A stretch of 64,000 bases of DNA, taken from NCBI GenBank assembly GCA_963701095.1, contig OY969564.1:1472001-1536000 (forward strand). Direction: 5' to 3'. Positions within the stretch are counted from its first letter, which is position 1, and every line of letters begins with the position of its first letter. The translations under genes were made by a program, and so were the position numbers. Under the pieces are notes generated by a model. It saw only the letters and a list, made by a program, of their open reading frames with translations, did no database searches and was not told where the DNA came from. This DNA comes from an uncultured Methanoregulaceae archaeon (GTDB lineage Archaea > Halobacteriota > Methanomicrobia > Methanomicrobiales > Methanospirillaceae). Shown here in pieces: positions 21,568 to 32,685 of the stretch.

Positions 21568-22343
21568 CTTTTGGGAAGGTGAAAGGATTTTTAATTGATA
21601 TTGATGGTGTTCTTACTACGGGTGACACCGCTATATCCGGAGCCCGGGAAGTAATTGAGAATCTTAAATCACAGGGTTTCCCGTTCAGGTGCGTATCGAA
21701 CTCGACACGGAAGTGCCGGAATACCATTGCGGTCCGGCTAGATACCCTTGGATTTGATATTTCTAAAAACGAGATATTCACGCCGCCGCTTGCAGCGGTT
21801 AAATACATGAAGGAATCAGGAAAAAACCGTGCATGCCTCCTTACCACGGGAGATGTGAACCGGGATTTTGAAGGCACCTGTATTGAAACAGATTCGACTG
21901 CAATTGACTATGTAATAATCGGTGATGCTGGGGACAGAATCACATATGCCATTATGAATCACGCCTTCCGTTGCGTGATGGACGGTGCAGATATAATCGC
22001 ACTTGAGAAAGACCGGTACTGGATGGCATCTGAAGGACTTTCACTCTCAGCAGGGCCTTTTGTTGAGGCTCTCGAATACGCAACCGGGAAGGAAGCCATA
22101 TTGGTAGGCAAACCTGCAAAGGAATTCTTCAGTCTTGCATTGTCAGATATGGGGCTTTCTGCCAAAGATGTCGTGATGATAGGTGATGATATTTTCACTG
22201 ACATCAGTGGTGCGCAGGGTGCAGGAATACGTGGTGTTCTTGTGAAAACAGGTAAGTTCCGTAATGATGTATTTGAAAAAAATACTATACAACCTGCTGC
22301 TGTTATAAATTCCCTCGGGGATATCCAAACTATGATACAATGA
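21564..22343 (+). CDS. HAD-IIA hydrolase (LHPP/HDHD2-like)
   Basis: DIDGVL, SNST, GKPA, MIGDDIFTDISGA, VKTGKF. Confidence 0.9.
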   Translation: MTFGKVKGFLIDIDGVLTTGDTAISGAREVIENLKSQGFPFRCVSNSTRKCRNTIAVRLDTLGFDISKNEIFTPPLAAVKYMKESGKNRACLLTTGDVNRDFEGTCIETDSTAIDYVIIGDAGDRITYAIMNHAFRCVMDGADIIALEKDRYWMASEGLSLSAGPFVEALEYATGKEAILVGKPAKEFFSLALSDMGLSAKDVVMIGDDIFTDISGAQGAGIRGVLVKTGKFRNDVFEKNTIQPAAVINSLGDIQTMIQ

Positions 22344-22437
22344 AATACTGCCATGCACCGGATTGAGAGATCTCTTGCATTTAGTTACCAGGAAATGATT
22401 AACGATTCGACGCAGAACCGGATTCAAGCTGACCTCA

Positions 22438-23412
22438 TTACCCGGTTTCATTCGTAAGACTAGAGATCACAAAGGGCCGGGGCCTCTCTTTTGCCCCAAG
22501 CAGACGCTGTTCAGCCATATCGCAGTACTGCCGGGAGATATCGATCCCAATATATCGTCTTCCCGAATTTGCTGCGGCAAGCGTGGTTGTCCCCACACCG
22601 TTGAAAGGGTCGAGAATAATATCGTTTTTAAACGAGAAGAGTTTCATGATCCTTTGTGGAAGCTCCTCAGGGAACATTGCCGGGTGACCAAACTCTTTCA
22701 TCCGGCGCTCAGGAGTGATCTTCCATCGGCCGATCACCCATTCCTTGAATTCATCTGCCGTAATATCAATGTCTTCACGTCTGCCCGTCTTTTTATGGGT
22801 ACCCTTGTCAAAGACTTCAACGAACTCCCAGGTATATTTTATATAAGGCATTGAGGGGGACTTCCAGCTTCCCCACGCCGTATACTTGGCATTGTAGTTG
22901 TTCTTTTCCCAGAGGAACTCTGCCTTCCAGAGAAGCCCGAGTCCCAAAAGCTGGTTCGAGATGATATGATGGGTAGGAACATAATCCGAGAAAAGCGGCT
23001 GGATATTGACAGCCATTCTCCCTCCAGGAATGAGCACCCGTGCGCATTCCTGCCAGATGGCATGAAGGGTTGCAAAGTATTCGTTCCACTCATGGGTATC
23101 GTCATGAGGATCCTGAGCATAAGCATGACCAAAATTATACGGCGGCGAAGTAATTATAAGATCGATGCTTTCCGAGGGAAGATTGCGAAGAAGGGTAAGA
23201 GTATCTCCGCAAATGATCCGGTTAATAAAAGGTCCGATCTCCGGGATCTCCCGCGAAAACAAAGATTGTTTTGCCTCTTTAGAGCCTTTCCGGACCTTTG
23301 CTTTTCCGGCTTTATCCTTCACTTTTTCCTCGCGCACAGGTAACGCATCCTTTAAAGTATTGATATACCGGAGGAGATAAAACACCTCGTCTTCAGGAAT
23401 TTCTTTATTCAT
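22438..23412 (-). CDS. Orphan beta-class DNA methyltransferase, probably N4-cytosine
   Basis: Catalytic TSPPY precedes HPAMFP and SAM-binding DPFNGVGTT; no restriction nuclease gene next to it. Confidence 0.9.
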   Translation of the reverse strand: MNKEIPEDEVFYLLRYINTLKDALPVREEKVKDKAGKAKVRKGSKEAKQSLFSREIPEIGPFINRIICGDTLTLLRNLPSESIDLIITSPPYNFGHAYAQDPHDDTHEWNEYFATLHAIWQECARVLIPGGRMAVNIQPLFSDYVPTHHIISNQLLGLGLLWKAEFLWEKNNYNAKYTAWGSWKSPSMPYIKYTWEFVEVFDKGTHKKTGRREDIDITADEFKEWVIGRWKITPERRMKEFGHPAMFPEELPQRIMKLFSFKNDIILDPFNGVGTTTLAAANSGRRYIGIDISRQYCDMAEQRLLGAKERPRPFVISSLTNETG

Positions 23413-23503
23413 CTCGTTTTTTTCCCCGGTAAAATGACAGACAATATAGCTCATTGAAAAGCGTTTAATGCAGACATCGACATACACTCATGCGGTTAAT
23501 CGT

Positions 23504-24235
23504 ATGCTGGATATTGAAGATCTGCATGTGAACGTCGGAGACAAAGAGGTGTTGCACGGTATCAACCTCCACATTGATGCCGGAGAAACACACGTGCTCA
23601 TGGGCCCCAATGGCTCCGGGAAAACGACACTTCTTATGACACTGATGGGTTTTTCAAACTACACGATCACCAAAGGAAAAATCACCTTCAACGGCGAGGA
23701 CGTAACTGCAATGCATGCCGATGAACGTGCTAAACGTGGAATGGGAATGCTCTTCCAGCGCCCGCCGACTATCTCCGGGCTCAAGCTGGGCAAGCTGCTC
23801 ACCGCGATTTCCCGGAACAGCAGTACTGATATTCCCGAGCTCGCCAAATCGGTGCATATGGCCGCTTTTCTTGAACGGGATATCAATAAGGGATTTTCCG
23901 GGGGAGAGATCAAAAGGAGTGAAGTGCTCCAGCTCATGGTCCAGGATCCGAACTTTGTAATGCTTGATGAACCGGAAAGCGGCGTCGATCTTGAAAATAT
24001 CTCGCTTATAGGGAAAGCAATTGGATCGCTGCTGGAAAAGGAGAAACGGATCATAACGCGGGCAAAAAGCGGCCTTGTGATCACTCATACGGGATTCATT
24101 CTTGATTACCTTGATGCGGACAAGGGGCATGTGATGTGTGATGGTATGATCAAATGCCATGGAAATCCCCGGGAAATATTAAAGGATATCAAACAGCGCG
24201 GGTATAAGGAGTGCCTGGAATGTCGTCAGAGCTGA
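23504..24235 (+). CDS. sufC: Fe-S assembly ABC ATPase SufC
   Basis: GPNGSGKT, GFSGGEIKRSE, LDEPESGVD. Confidence 0.93.
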   Translation: MLDIEDLHVNVGDKEVLHGINLHIDAGETHVLMGPNGSGKTTLLMTLMGFSNYTITKGKITFNGEDVTAMHADERAKRGMGMLFQRPPTISGLKLGKLLTAISRNSSTDIPELAKSVHMAAFLERDINKGFSGGEIKRSEVLQLMVQDPNFVMLDEPESGVDLENISLIGKAIGSLLEKEKRIITRAKSGLVITHTGFILDYLDADKGHVMCDGMIKCHGNPREILKDIKQRGYKECLECRQS

Positions 24236-25336
24236 ATGCGCCGGGAATGTCAAATGAGGATAAGGAGCGGCTCGTTCAATCGGGAATCGAATTATCCATG
24301 GAAAACCGTTGTGGCAGTTATCTTCAGATGAACCAGGATGTTATCCACTCTGAATGCAACGAGGAAGGCATCGAAGTTCTTTCCTATAAGAGAGCGATGG
24401 AGAAATATGACTGGCTTCAGGAGTATAACTGGAAGGCAGTCTCAAAGGATAAAGACGAGATAACAAAGTACGTCAGCTGAACAGAAAGATCCGAAGGGTT
24501 ACGTAATCATAGCACATAAGGGGACAAGCAATATTCTCCCGATCCAGGCATGCCTTTACCTAGGTCGGGAAACGATCCAGCACGTGCACAATATCATTGT
24601 AGCAGAGGAGGGAGTCGAGCTCCATATTATTTCAGGATGCACAAGCGGCGGGCACGTTGGCCCTGGAGCCGCACATTACGGTGTATCAGAGTTCTACATC
24701 AAAAAAGACGCAAAAATCAGCTTCACCATGATCCACACATGGACGGAAAACATTGAGGTGTTCCCACGAAGTGCGTCTATTGTGGAGGAAAACGGGGTTT
24801 TCATCTCGAATTATGTCTGCATGCAACCTGTAAAAAAAGTCCAGATGTACCCAACAGCAACATTAAAAGGGGAGAACTCTGTTGCACGATTCTCGACAAT
24901 TACCATCGCCTCTCCCACCTCGTACTTTGATGTTGGTTCCAAGGCAATCCTTCATGGAAAGGGCTCGAGTGCAGAACTGATTGCCCGTGCAATCACAAAA
25001 GGGGGAACCATCATTTCCCGGGGCCAAATTATAGGGGAGACCTCAGGAACCCGGGGACATCTCGAATGCAAGGGCCTAATTCTCAAAGATGGCACTATTT
25101 ACGCGATTCCGGAGATTGATGGAAGGGTAGTCGGGACAGAACTTTCTCACGAAGCGGCGATCGGCAAACTGGCACAGGACGAGATCGAGTACCTAATGTC
25201 ACGGGGACTTTCAGAAGACGAAGCTACCGCGACGATTATCCGTGGATTCCTTGACGTTAAGATCGCCGGTCTTCCCGAGGCATTGCAGAAACAGATCGAT
25301 GCCACTATCGATGTGGCGGAGAAGGCAGGATTCTAG
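24220..25336 (+). CDS. sufB: SufB/SufD-family Fe-S scaffold; +1 insertion near 24474
   Basis: Two ORFs join on removing one base (TKYVAEQKDPKGY); GHLECKGL, ELSHEAAIG, YLMSRGL, IIRGFL. Confidence 0.9.
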
Positions 25337-25354
25337 GTTCTTTTTTCACGATTT

Positions 25355-26008
25355 ATGACAAACTCATATCCTCGATCTGATGAACGACGCAGGATGGTTG
25401 AACTGCAGATAGAAGCCCGAGGTATCATGGATCCGGGCGTTCTCTCTGCGATGCGAGAGGTTCCCCGGCACCTTTTCATCCCACAACCATGGAACAGGGA
25501 TGCATATGCGGATGCTCCGCTGCCAATTGGAAGCGGTCAGACTATTTCGCAACCATATATCGTAGCGCTTATGACCGAACTGCTCCACCCCAAACCCACC
25601 GATACCGTGCTTGAAATCGGCGCAGGAAGCGGATACCAAGCCGCCATACTTTCGATGATTGTTAAAAAAGTAATTACCATTGAACGCATTGAGACTGTGG
25701 CGGAGCATGCACGTACTAATCTTGCGAACGTCCAGGCAAAAAATGTGGAAATTGTTTTGGGGGATGGAACACTTGGTTATCCACTTTCAGCCCCGTACAA
25801 CGGGATCCTTGTTACTGCCGCAACTCCTACGATACCGGAACCGCTCAAAGCCCAGCTCGCGGACGGTGGAAGGCTTGTCGCGCCGGTAGGCAGTCGTTCG
25901 ATCCAGGATCTCATCGTAATCGAACATCATGGTGATCAATTCCGGGAGGAACAGTATGGCGGTGTCCGTTTTGTTCCTCTCGTAGGTAAGTTTGGATGGG
26001 AAGAATAA
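25355..26008 (+). CDS. pcm: Protein-L-isoaspartate O-methyltransferase
   Basis: VPRHLF, GQTISQP, LEIGAGSGYQAA, VRFVPL. Confidence 0.96.
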   Translation: MTNSYPRSDERRRMVELQIEARGIMDPGVLSAMREVPRHLFIPQPWNRDAYADAPLPIGSGQTISQPYIVALMTELLHPKPTDTVLEIGAGSGYQAAILSMIVKKVITIERIETVAEHARTNLANVQAKNVEIVLGDGTLGYPLSAPYNGILVTAATPTIPEPLKAQLADGGRLVAPVGSRSIQDLIVIEHHGDQFREEQYGGVRFVPLVGKFGWEE

Positions 26009-26011
26009 CCT

Positions 26012-26626
26012 ATGAAAATCATCGATATCACACGGCCACTTTCCAGTTCAACTGTGTCTTTTCCCGGGGATCCACCACCGCAGTTTATCCAGAGGGATGC
26101 TGGGCTTTACCAGATAAGTGACCTACGAATGAACAGCCACTCAGGAACCCATATCGACGCTCCTGTGCATTATCTTAAAAAGGGGGATACAATCGATACA
26201 ATCCCTCTCGATAATCTTATCGGCCCGTGCAGGGTACTGGATGTGACATTTGCAGGAAATACGATTACAGCCACACATCTTCGTGGCAGGCTTGGCAATG
26301 AGAAGCGGATCCTTCTCAAAACGACATTTTCAAAAGAAACCCGGTTTCGGGAGGATTTTCCTCACATAACAAAAGATGCAGCAAAACTTCTCAGTGAACG
26401 GGGTACTCTTTGTCTGGGAATAGATTCCTTCTCTATTGAAGCTTTTGTCTGCGATGGATCGGTGCATCGGGAGCTTCTTGGAAATGGTTGTATTATCGTC
26501 GAACTCCTCGATCTTTCAAGCATTGATGAGGGAGAATACGAAATGGCCGCCCTGCCATTGCGCCTTACCGGTCTGGATGGCGCACCGGCCCGGGTTGTGC
26601 TTATGCGAAAAGAATTCGGGGAATAA
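26012..26626 (+). CDS. Cyclase / kynurenine formamidase family metallohydrolase
   Basis: HSGTHIDAP, LGID, DGAPARV. Confidence 0.92.
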   Translation: MKIIDITRPLSSSTVSFPGDPPPQFIQRDAGLYQISDLRMNSHSGTHIDAPVHYLKKGDTIDTIPLDNLIGPCRVLDVTFAGNTITATHLRGRLGNEKRILLKTTFSKETRFREDFPHITKDAAKLLSERGTLCLGIDSFSIEAFVCDGSVHRELLGNGCIIVELLDLSSIDEGEYEMAALPLRLTGLDGAPARVVLMRKEFGE

Positions 26627-27264
26627 TGGATATCATTAAAGATTCAGTAAAACGCCTCGAAGATATCCTCGAGCACAGCGGTTGTGAAGACACCGGTGTT
26701 CTCCTTGATGTCGATCCTGATGCCAAGAACTGCCAGTTTGAACGAGGCGCATGCACGACCGCATCGTTTGGGGGGAGAACTGCGGAATTTGTGACAGATG
26801 ATCCAATCCGTGCCATGACAAAGATTTCATTCATGTTCGGGGCTCCTCTGGATGCCCCGGGTGTTCGCGGTGCCGCATGTGCCATTATCAATGTCGCCAC
26901 CGTATTTTTCTGTCTCTCACGTGTTCGACGGGCCTGTCCTGTAGTTTCGCACACTGCCTGCCTTAACGAAATCACGGAAGAACTCAATGGACGCCGGATA
27001 TTTTGTGTCGGAAAAATACCTATACTGGAGAGGTCTGGAGGAATCAGCGTAACTAATGATATCGATGAAGCGGAAATCATTCTGGTCAATAACGAGGGAA
27101 TAATTGCCTCGGAAACAGGAAATCTCATAGAGTCTTTCTCCGGGAGAAAACGCACCATATTTCTGGGGCCATCAACCTCCGGGGTCTGCCGGCTCCAGCA
27201 GGGAGAACACTGGTGCCCCTATGGCCTTTCCAAGCCGAATGTCATGCCAGATCCCTCGCGGTAA
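26626..27264 (+). CDS. Hypothetical protein (possibly DUF364/Rossmann-like)
   Basis: Translationally coupled ORF in the operon; CAIINV and FLGPST patterns. Confidence 0.6.
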   Translation: MDIIKDSVKRLEDILEHSGCEDTGVLLDVDPDAKNCQFERGACTTASFGGRTAEFVTDDPIRAMTKISFMFGAPLDAPGVRGAACAIINVATVFFCLSRVRRACPVVSHTACLNEITEELNGRRIFCVGKIPILERSGGISVTNDIDEAEIILVNNEGIIASETGNLIESFSGRKRTIFLGPSTSGVCRLQQGEHWCPYGLSKPNVMPDPSR

Positions 27265-27306
27265 AAAGGCTAAAACTCTTTTTATACAAAAAGCCCATCC
27301 TCATGC

Positions 27307-28560
27307 ATGCTTTTTGGCTCTTCGGGAATACGTCAGCGGTTCGACCGGGCACTCGTGGAAACCACACTCAGCGTCGGCGCCATAATAGGAGAACGATTCC
27401 CTGACTGCATCGTGGGAATTGATACCCGGACCACAAGCCCGCTGCTTGCCCGCGCTATAATTTCAGGTATTACCGGAGCAGGAGGAGATGCACGCTTTAC
27501 CGGAATTGTCCCTACTCCCTCTGTTGCATACAATGCACGAACCGTAAAAGCCGGATGCATGATCACTGCATCCCATAACCCCGAGGAGTATAATGGTATT
27601 AAACTATTCAACCCGGACGGTTCCTCATTCACCCTTGCCCAGCAAAAATCAGTAGAGGAAAATCTCAATAAACCGCATTGGACCACCTGGCAGCACCAGG
27701 GGGTAGAATCTTCCTTTGACGCTCTTTCACCCCATAAAAAGGCGATCCTTGATGCAGTATCCATAGAGCCAAAACTCTCTGTGGTCATTGATTGCGGGAA
27801 CGGAGCAGGCTCCCTTATGACCCCTGGTCTTATGGCCGACGCAGAGGTAAAAACAATCTGTCTCAACTGCAATCCCGCAGGAAAGTTCGCACGTCCATCC
27901 GAACCACTCAAGGAATATCTAGGCTATGTCGGAGAAATCATAAAGGAAACCGGGGCTGATTGTGCAGTTGTTCATGACGGTGATGCAGATCGTATGGTGG
28001 GGTTTGATAATAGGGGAAGGTATATTGATGGAGATCACCTTCTCCTTCTCTTTGCTGAACACCTCGGCGCAAAAAAAGTGGTAACTACAAGCGACGCCTC
28101 GATGATTATTGAAGAGGTTGCGGATGTCCATCGGACACCGGTGGGGGATAACTTCGTATCGGAGGAACTTCTTTCATGGGGAGATTTCGGAGGTGAGCCC
28201 AGTGGCGCCTGGATCTTCCCCCATCACTCCTTATGCCCGGATGGTCCTTTTGCAGCGGCCCTCTTCTGCGAGATTGCGTCGGGCTGCGATATCGCGGAAC
28301 GGCTCGACGCTATGCCATCTTATCCCATCCTCAGAGAATCTATGCAGGATGAGCGGGCACGCGAAATTGTTACGAGTCTTGGTGCTGAAAATCCAACAGA
28401 CGGGATACGGGTTGCACAGGAAAATGGTTGGTATCTCATAAGGGCTAGTGGAACTGAGCCTAAGATCAGAATTACGGCTGAAGGAACCACTTTTCCAATC
28501 GCAAAAGAGATGATGGAGCAAGGAAAATCTCGTGTCCGGCAGGGAAAACTGCTTAAATAA
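27307..28560 (+). CDS. glmM: Phosphoglucosamine mutase / phosphohexomutase
   Basis: FGSSGIR, TASHNP, DGDADR, GGEPSG, RASGTEP; precedes glmU and glmS. Confidence 0.88.
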   Translation: MLFGSSGIRQRFDRALVETTLSVGAIIGERFPDCIVGIDTRTTSPLLARAIISGITGAGGDARFTGIVPTPSVAYNARTVKAGCMITASHNPEEYNGIKLFNPDGSSFTLAQQKSVEENLNKPHWTTWQHQGVESSFDALSPHKKAILDAVSIEPKLSVVIDCGNGAGSLMTPGLMADAEVKTICLNCNPAGKFARPSEPLKEYLGYVGEIIKETGADCAVVHDGDADRMVGFDNRGRYIDGDHLLLLFAEHLGAKKVVTTSDASMIIEEVADVHRTPVGDNFVSEELLSWGDFGGEPSGAWIFPHHSLCPDGPFAAALFCEIASGCDIAERLDAMPSYPILRESMQDERAREIVTSLGAENPTDGIRVAQENGWYLIRASGTEPKIRITAEGTTFPIAKEMMEQGKSRVRQGKLLK

Positions 28561-28578
28561 TGCCGGAGAGGTGTATCT

Positions 28579-29778
28579 ATGCAATGCGTTGTGCTTGCGG
28601 CTGGTGAGGGTAAACGAATGCGCCCCCTGACTGCCCAGCGCCCGAAAGTCATGCTCCCGGTGGCAAACCGCCCGATGATGGAACATCTCGTTCTAGCTGC
28701 ACGGGATGCCGGCATCACGGATTTTATATTTGTGGTCGGCTACGGCGCACGTGAAGTTCGCTCCCATTTCGGTGATGGCGAACGTTTCGGAATACACATT
28801 ATGTACGCCCCGCAACGACAACAATCGGGAACTGCAGATGCCCTTCGTTCAGCACAGAATCTCATATCGGGCCCGTTCCTTGCTATGAACGGGGACATGA
28901 TCCTTACAAGTGCCGACATCTCCAGGATGATTCAAACGCCACCTCCATGTATGGGTACAAGTACCACCGATCATCCCGGGGATTTCGGCGTTGTTCTAGT
29001 GGAAAACGAACGGGTCATTGCTCTCGAAGAGAAATCAAAACACCCAAAATCCGATATTATTAACGCTGGTGCGTACCTTTTTTCTCAAGAAATCTTTGAT
29101 TTGCTGGCACAAGTACAACCTTCGTCACGCGGTGAACTCGAACTCACAGATGCACTCGGTGTCTTGATTGCAAGGCAAAGTCTTATGGCGGTTTCTCTTT
29201 CTACATGGATGGATATAGGATATCCCTGGGACTTATTGGACGCTAATGCAGTCCTTCTGGCTAAGATTTCTTCGGTAAACTTGGGGACAATTGAAGAAGG
29301 TGTCCATCTGTCAGGTCCTGTCATCATTGGTAAAGATACGATAGTGAAATCAGGAACCTATATCGAAGGACCCTGTGTTATCGGTAATAACTGCCGGATA
29401 GGTCCACATGCGTACATCCGGGGCGCGACAAGTATCGGAGATGAATGCCATATAGGACATTGCACTGAACTTAAGAATTCCGTTATAATGGCTAAAACAA
29501 AGATCCCCCACTTCAATTATGTCGGTGATTCCGTCATCGGAAGCGGATGTAATTTTGGTGCAGGGACAAAAGTTGCAAACCTTCGTCACGACCACGCTCC
29601 GGTCAGGGCCGGAGGAAATGATACCAGACATACGAAGTTTGGTGCTGTCGTCGGGGACAACGTAAGCTTTGGGATCAACTGTTCGGTCAATGTCGGTTCT
29701 GTAATCGGTAGTAATGCACAATTTGCACCCAACAGTTACATTGAAGGACGTTTTGGGGAGAACTCAACAATCCGGTAG
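28579..29778 (+). CDS. glmU: Bifunctional sugar-1-phosphate nucleotidylyltransferase/acetyltransferase
   Basis: LAAGEGKRMRPLT..RPK; hexapeptide domain with HFNYVGDS and NFGAGT..ANLR. Confidence 0.92.
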   Translation: MQCVVLAAGEGKRMRPLTAQRPKVMLPVANRPMMEHLVLAARDAGITDFIFVVGYGAREVRSHFGDGERFGIHIMYAPQRQQSGTADALRSAQNLISGPFLAMNGDMILTSADISRMIQTPPPCMGTSTTDHPGDFGVVLVENERVIALEEKSKHPKSDIINAGAYLFSQEIFDLLAQVQPSSRGELELTDALGVLIARQSLMAVSLSTWMDIGYPWDLLDANAVLLAKISSVNLGTIEEGVHLSGPVIIGKDTIVKSGTYIEGPCVIGNNCRIGPHAYIRGATSIGDECHIGHCTELKNSVIMAKTKIPHFNYVGDSVIGSGCNFGAGTKVANLRHDHAPVRAGGNDTRHTKFGAVVGDNVSFGINCSVNVGSVIGSNAQFAPNSYIEGRFGENSTIR

Positions 29779-29786
29779 GTAAAGAT

Positions 29787-30941
29787 ATGCAGGCAGTTAT
29801 TCTTGCGGCAGGAGAAGGACGGCGGGTCCGTCCGCTTACATGGAGCCGGCCAAAAGCTATGATTCCGGTAGCAAACCAACCCATCATTGCTTATACCATC
29901 GATGCACTCGTCACGAACGGAATCCGTGACATCATTGTCGTTGTCGGATATCGTAAGGAACACGTAACCCGTTTCCTGAACCAGCTTGATCTGCCTATTG
30001 ATGTAGTCGTCCAGGAAAAACAGCTCGGAACCGCCCATGCGCTCCAACAGGCAGCATGCAAGATAAACGGGGATTTCCTGTTGCTACCCGGGGATAATTA
30101 CATTGACGCGCAGTCGGTAGCAAAGATCAAGGAAATCAAAAATGCAGTTCTTGTAAAAGAACACCCGAGCCCATCAAATTTTGGGGTTGTTACCGTTCGG
30201 GATGGTCGGGTAGACAGTATTGTAGAGAAGCCGGACAATGCAACGAGTTTTCTCGTAAGTACCGGGATATATTCGCTACCCGCGGACTTTTTCCAGTATA
30301 TCCAGGGAAATGATGTAACAGAGGCAATCTCGTTTATGGTGGAGAGTGGAATTGATGTTCATGCCGTTACCGCAGACGACTGGCAGGATGCGATCTACCC
30401 TTGGGATCTGATCAGGCTGAACCAGCGGCTTCTCCGGCATCTGCCTGCTGCACGGGAAGGAATTGCCAGCCGGCATGCTACGATCCAGGGACCGGTACAC
30501 ATCGGGAAAGGAACAACAATTGGCCCAAATACTGTGATCTCGGGCCCCGTTATTATTGGAAATGATTGTACCATCGGGCCGAATTGCTGTATCTTGCCCA
30601 ATACAAGCATTGGATCGCGGGTGACCGTCGAGCCACTAAGTCTTCTTGGAAACACCATTGTAATGGATGATACCTCAATCGCATCTCATTCCCGGATTAT
30701 GGACTCTATTGTTGGCGAACGATGCGTGCTTGGCGACCATTTATCGACAGCCACCGCTAAGGGGTTCCTGGAAATTGAAGGAAAACCAATCCACTCACAT
30801 TTCGGCGCTATTCTCGGGGATCATGTCGCCTGCGGTTCATTTACCCGCATCCGGAACGGGATGGTCGGGAACAACGTCACTTTTGAAGGAAACCAAGATG
30901 TGATTTCACGTATAATCCCTGACGACACTCTGGTGATATAA
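29787..30941 (+). CDS. Second GlmU-like sugar-phosphate nucleotidyltransferase
   Basis: LAAGEGRRVRPLT..RPK; left-handed beta-helix C-terminus. Confidence 0.88.
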   Translation: MQAVILAAGEGRRVRPLTWSRPKAMIPVANQPIIAYTIDALVTNGIRDIIVVVGYRKEHVTRFLNQLDLPIDVVVQEKQLGTAHALQQAACKINGDFLLLPGDNYIDAQSVAKIKEIKNAVLVKEHPSPSNFGVVTVRDGRVDSIVEKPDNATSFLVSTGIYSLPADFFQYIQGNDVTEAISFMVESGIDVHAVTADDWQDAIYPWDLIRLNQRLLRHLPAAREGIASRHATIQGPVHIGKGTTIGPNTVISGPVIIGNDCTIGPNCCILPNTSIGSRVTVEPLSLLGNTIVMDDTSIASHSRIMDSIVGERCVLGDHLSTATAKGFLEIEGKPIHSHFGAILGDHVACGSFTRIRNGMVGNNVTFEGNQDVISRIIPDDTLVI

Positions 30942-30942
30942 C

Positions 30943-32685
30943 GTGTGCGGGATTGTCGGTTACATCGGGAGAAGGCAGGCGGCGCCCCTGATTCTTGAGG
31001 GTTTAAAAAAACTCGAATACCGGGGATATGATTCATTTGGGATCGCCACGCTGGAATGTGACCTTGAGGTCGAAAAGCACAAAGGACGGATTTCTGAATA
31101 TTCCGGTGCTCTCCGGTTACAGGGAAACATCGGTATAGGTCACACCCGATGGGCGACTCACGGTATCCCAAATGATATCAACGCACATCCGCACGTTGAC
31201 TGCACTAACCGTATCGCTGTTGTTCATAATGGTATTATAGAAAATTTTACCGAGCTAAAAAAAGCGCTCACGGCCAGGGGTCATACTTTCAGGTCACAAA
31301 CCGATACGGAAGTCGTTGTCCACCTTATCGAGGAGCAATATGGAAAAGGAACAGACCTGTTATCAGCAGTAAGGAAAATACTCCCGGTCCTCAAGGGCTC
31401 ATATGCATTATTGATCATTGCAGTAGGGTCGGACTGCATAATAGCGGCACGCAACGGAAGCCCGCTCGTGCTCGGAATCGGAGACAATGAATATTTCGCA
31501 GCATCAGACATGACGCCGGTACTGGATTATACAGATCGTGCGGTCTTTCTCGAAGACGGCGATACTGCCTGCATGACAAAAAATGGCATCGAAATTTATC
31601 AGGATACGCGTCGGGTCAACCGACCTGTGGAACTCATCGACTGGTCTCCCGAAGAAGTCAGGAAAGGAGGATTTGCCCATTACATGCTCAAGGAGATCTA
31701 CGAGCAACCCCAGGCATTCTTTAACACGTTAAGGGCTGTCGATAAACGTACTCTGCCATCGTTTGTCTGCAAATTTCCCTCAGTGACACTCGTCGCCTGC
31801 GGTTCATCGTACCATACCGGGCTTATATTCAAATATCTGCTTCAAGAATCATGCGGAGTTCCTGTTTTTGTGGATGTTGCCTCGGAGTTCAGGTATTTCC
31901 ACCCGCCACTGGAAGGTCTTGTAATAGGTATAACACAGTCTGGAGAAACTGCAGATACATTGACTGCACTCAAACTTGCGCAAAAACACAATTGCCAGAC
32001 GCTTGCAATAACAAATGTACTAGGTAGTTCTGCGAGCAGGGTTGCGGATGCAACGCTCTTTATGCGTGCGGGGCCTGAGATTAGTGTCGCAGCCACAAAA
32101 TCGTTTATTGCCCAACTGGCGGTCCTGATGCAAATCATTGATGCCCGATGCGACGGACGGTTTGAAAATGTCCTCCAGCGTGCTCATCAGGCAATTGAAG
32201 AAGTCCTCCTGATAGATCTTTCACCAGCAGTAGAACTATGCAAGAATGCACAGAATATTTTCTATATCGGACGGGGCCCATTCTATCCGGTCGCCCTGGA
32301 AGGCGCTCTCAAGATGAAGGAAATCTCCTATATCCATGCCGAAGGATATGCGGCAGGGGAGTTAAAACATGGGCCTTTTGCACTTTTGTCACCGGATACA
32401 CCGGTCATTGCAATGTGCATGCCAGGAGAAACATATGGCGTGATGGTCTCCAATATCAAGGAGATCAAAGCCAGAGGTGCACCAGTCATTGCGTTCGGAA
32501 ACGAGGATGACATTGAGTCAGCTGATGTCGTCGATTTATTTATCCCATTGCCACAAGCGCACTCTTTTGTCGATGTCCTCACAAGTATTGTAGCGCTCCA
32601 GATACTCGCATACCGGACTGCAGTAGCCCTTGGACGGGACATCGACAAACCAAGAAACCTTGCAAAGAGCGTGACCGTGGAATGA
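30943..32685 (+). CDS. glmS: Glutamine--fructose-6-phosphate aminotransferase
   Basis: MCGIVG, LEYRGYDS, GHTRWATHG, KHGP, PRNLAKSVTVE. Confidence 0.98.
   Translation: MCGIVGYIGRRQAAPLILEGLKKLEYRGYDSFGIATLECDLEVEKHKGRISEYSGALRLQGNIGIGHTRWATHGIPNDINAHPHVDCTNRIAVVHNGIIENFTELKKALTARGHTFRSQTDTEVVVHLIEEQYGKGTDLLSAVRKILPVLKGSYALLIIAVGSDCIIAARNGSPLVLGIGDNEYFAASDMTPVLDYTDRAVFLEDGDTACMTKNGIEIYQDTRRVNRPVELIDWSPEEVRKGGFAHYMLKEIYEQPQAFFNTLRAVDKRTLPSFVCKFPSVTLVACGSSYHTGLIFKYLLQESCGVPVFVDVASEFRYFHPPLEGLVIGITQSGETADTLTALKLAQKHNCQTLAITNVLGSSASRVADATLFMRAGPEISVAATKSFIAQLAVLMQIIDARCDGRFENVLQRAHQAIEEVLLIDLSPAVELCKNAQNIFYIGRGPFYPVALEGALKMKEISYIHAEGYAAGELKHGPFALLSPDTPVIAMCMPGETYGVMVSNIKEIKARGAPVIAFGNEDDIESADVVDLFIPLPQAHSFVDVLTSIVALQILAYRTAVALGRDIDKPRNLAKSVTVE

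Noticed and set aside
17411..23412. DISARM or Druantia-type defence system
   Set aside because: DUF1998 is fused to an MrfA-type helicase, there are no drmA/C/D-like genes, and metabolic genes separate it from the MTase.
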